Source: Auanema rhodensis (taxonomy: Eukaryota; Animalia; Nematoda). From it: a stretch of 64,000 nucleotides of DNA. Each line of letters begins with the position of its first letter. The first letter of the stretch is position 1. The DNA lies in NCBI GenBank assembly GCA_964057225.1, contig OZ059898.1, forward strand, positions 12,152,001 to 12,216,000. The letters are read 5' to 3'. The translations under genes and the position numbers were made by a program. Shown piece by piece: positions 60,744-64,000 of this stretch. Under the pieces are notes generated by a model. It had not been told where the DNA came from, did no database searches, and saw only the letters and a list, made by a program, of their open reading frames with translations.

Positions 60744-63700
60744 CTACGTATCATCATGCCAGTCATCATTATCGTCAAACTCGTCATCTTTAGGAGATCC
60801 GTACAAAGGAGATTCTACTTTTTCGCAACTATCCTTACAAGAATCATCCCGAGTTGGTGACCATGTGAATGGTTCCAATGGCTCAACCCTGCAAAATGTA
60901 AACGTACTAAAATCAGATTGACGAATATACTAACGGAGTTCCAAAAGTACGAATCTCTAACACATGATCCTGTCGAGAAACTGACAATATATGACTTCCA
61001 TTTTTATCTTTGATTCCATTCGAACGTTCCTATATATACTTTGAAATGAATAAAAAACCAGCCAGTTTTACCTCCAACAGTAGGTGCAAATGAGCAATAA
61101 ACTCTTCTTGTTTACTAACTACCATTTGTAGTGCCAAAAATTTTTGTTCAGCAGCTTCATTATGCTCCATCAAAAGCTATCAAGGAAACACATATACCGG
61201 AAAAACACAAACTGACTATTTTACCTTAGATGTTCTATCAACCATCCTCTGCAGTTCTGAGCTTCGCCCACATTCATTTCGTAAGTGTACTTCAGTCTCT
61301 GCCCATTTGGCCCTAGAAATGAACAAAGAGTTAGGTGAAACAAAATTATCATTTCGAACTTGTCTCTTTCGAAATTCATTCTATCTCTATCCCTTTCCTT
61401 CCGTAACTTTTCTAAATCAGACTTTAGTTGTCGAATCTTTTCATCAACATCAGGTGTTCGCATTCGTTCATCCTCACGACGGAAATCATTCTGAACCGAA
61501 TATTTAAATGAAATAATAATAATAATAAAAATCTGACCATTGCTACAAGCTTATCCCGCATTTGTTGATTTCTAGCTACAGCTTCGTTGAGAGAAGTAAC
61601 TTTTCGCTAAAATCAAAAATGAAAAATCATTAATGGTAGCACATCAAACCTCTAAATCAGAAATTTGTGAATCTTTGAGTGCAGCAATCTCTGCTGCGTC
61701 ATCAGATTTTCTTTTTAGTTCATCAATCTATAAAATTAAATTAAATCTTAATAATAATATAAAATCGAATTATATTTAATCACACAAAATTAACTAACAA
61801 GGCCTCGCCAATGTTTAGCATTTTTCTCAGCTACTGCAGTTCTTTCCGTCATTTCAACCAATTGAGCCCTCATAGCTTCCATGTTCTAGACAGATTAATA
61901 AGAAATATACAATTATTATGAATCTTACCTTCATCATTTCGCTTCTCTGTTGATCTATTTCAGATTCACGAGCTCTCTGCTCGCGAGCCTTTTCATCGTT
62001 CTTTCGCCTCATATCCGTAAGAGCTTTGGTTAGTTCATTTCTAAAAAAAAAGATATATTTAGAAATTTGTAAATGTTATTTACTTCTCGTTAAGTAGCTG
62101 ATAGTGGTTCTGCTTTAGAGAGAAAGACTCTGTTTCGGTAGCCTAAAAAGAAATCCATGATGATTAGAACCGTAGAAATATAACCTTCTGATGTTTCAAT
62201 TTCGCAAAAAGCTTTCGATTACGATTAGCATGAAGTAAACGACAACTTCTTTCATAAAGTAAATGCTGATTAACTAGCTGTAGCCGAGTTCGAAGAATAT
62301 CTCTCTGAACAAAGATAATATTGATACAGTAAAAAAGATAAACCAAACCTGCTGTTTCACATCTGGCAAACCTTCAGTTATATGAGCCATATCATCGTAA
62401 ATTTTTCCTGGAAGTTTATCAGCTAAACCAAGTTCCTTCAAACAGTTATGAAAATCCTAAAAATAGCCTTTATGTTGAATTAGACAAAGCTCTAAGTGTA
62501 CCCGACTAGCATCCATATATGAGACCCGTCGCACTTCATGTTCTCGCTCAAGTGTTGAATCAAGCTGATCATCTAAACTTGATAATGATCTTAGAAATAT
62601 GAAAATAATGCTTACAATATTTGTTATCAATAGGTAGAATGAGCTTTAAATATGGAAATTGGTCAATAAGTGAAGATTGCTTAGGCACAGTTTTTGACTC
62701 TATCTCAGCTCGAACCTAAATTTCTTCGTTTAAGTGAACAAACGGAATCAAGCTTACCTCGTCAGCAGGCGCTTTGGCGTACATTTCCCCCATAATATTA
62801 GGACAAGAATTAGTCCTTTCAGTAATTTTGCAACAAGTGTGATGTTTGTTGGTAGTCCATTCATTAAGCGTGTCAGGCTCGATGGTTGGACATTCACTAA
62901 CAAATCTTTGTCTAGAACAATATTGAAGTAAAATTAGGAAAAAACTATTACAAAACCTGTTAATCTTGCTGAAATATGATGTAACGGAAAAACGACTTCT
63001 AACACCATCCATAGAATCATTTGGGTTTTCTCCATTTTCGCTAACCTGAACTTCAAAATTAGTCGATAAACAAACTGATACTCACTATATCAGTTCCTGT
63101 TTCCACTGTACTTGTCCTCTCTTTATCATCAGAGTTTGGATTACTGAAGAGAAACGAAGTAGAGCGTGAACGAACAACAGAATTTTCTTCTTGTTCAGCA
63201 GCAAATGCAGCAAATGCAGCCCTTTCTCGCACAGCTTTAACAGCAGCCTAATTACGAATATTTTATTGTGAAAAAACAATAAAACACATACCTTTCTATC
63301 TTCCAACAGTTTTAAATTCTTCTGACGGAAAGCTACTTCGATTGCTTGGGGAGAAATGATATTACAGTCTGGTGGAATTACTGTAGGCGTAGGAGCAAAT
63401 GACTACAAGAAACCATTTGAAAAATATTTAAATGATTAATACCTTGTTCATATTTAGATTAACTACAGTAGAAGCAGATGGAGGTGAACCAGATTCATTT
63501 TCTGTGAATAAACTTCTAGCAACTGATCTTAATGATTCAGCAGGGGTTCGCTAAAAACAGAAGCAAATGTCCAGGAAAAACATTAAAATGAAAAACTTAC
63601 AATTCCATCGTCATCTTCATGCTCTGGTGGTATTCCAAAAGCCTCCTCTGCAAGCTCAGCAGTATCATTCTGAAAATAATACTAAAGAAACACATTGCAA

Positions 63701-64000
63701 TAGGGGATATACATCAGGATAAGTCACTTCTTCAGCTTTTACTTCTTCAATATATGGAGTTGGGTTGGAATTTCTGAAAGAATTCTTATTCTACATATAG
63801 AAGTGAAAACACTTACCTATTAGCCGATCTACTACTAAATATACTGAAGAGTCTGAATCTACCTTCATTACCAGTGGATCTTCTTCTCTTAAATCACATC
63901 CATTAAAAAATAGTTGGAAGAATAGAAATACCTTATTCTTATCTTCACTTTTAATAAGTATAGGGTCACAATCATCAATATTCCCACGTTTCATGCTAGG
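60744..64000 (-). CDS. TSC1: TSC1/hamartin-like coiled-coil protein, 3' part (gene continues beyond the window)
   Basis: RDILRTRLQLVNQHLLYERSCRLLHANRNRKLFAKLK matches the hamartin signature (L..QLLYER..R..HA.RNR.L); preceded by an S/P-rich linker (ERTNSCPNI) and followed by long coiled-coil exons; ends DDWHDDT*. Confidence 0.8.

Overview
AT-rich nematode genomic DNA with short (~40-60 nt) GT-AG introns, TTTCAG-type acceptors and many GA/TC microsatellites; the species cannot be fixed from sequence alone. All gene models were spliced by hand. In order: three tandem, mosaic Srsx-class chemoreceptor GPCR genes, the third carrying an internally deleted Merlin (IS1595-like) transposon in an intron; an atypical membrane ADAM/reprolysin metalloprotease; a carboxylesterase; a FAR-like lipid-binding protein; two sigma-class GSTs; an unknown acidic protein; a small secreted Tyr/Gln/Pro-rich precursor; about 11.5 kb non-coding; a nuclear hormone receptor; two basic paralogues sharing an unrecognised C-terminal domain; the mtDNA helicase Twinkle; and the 3' part of a TSC1/hamartin-like gene. 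The most unusual structure is the Twinkle locus. Its 5' region has three in-frame UAG codons in stem-loops interrupting a presequence-like reading frame. One intron holds a phase-consistent six-exon chain on the same strand, and another holds cassette/poison exons. Functional interpretations of these are inference and need transcript data.
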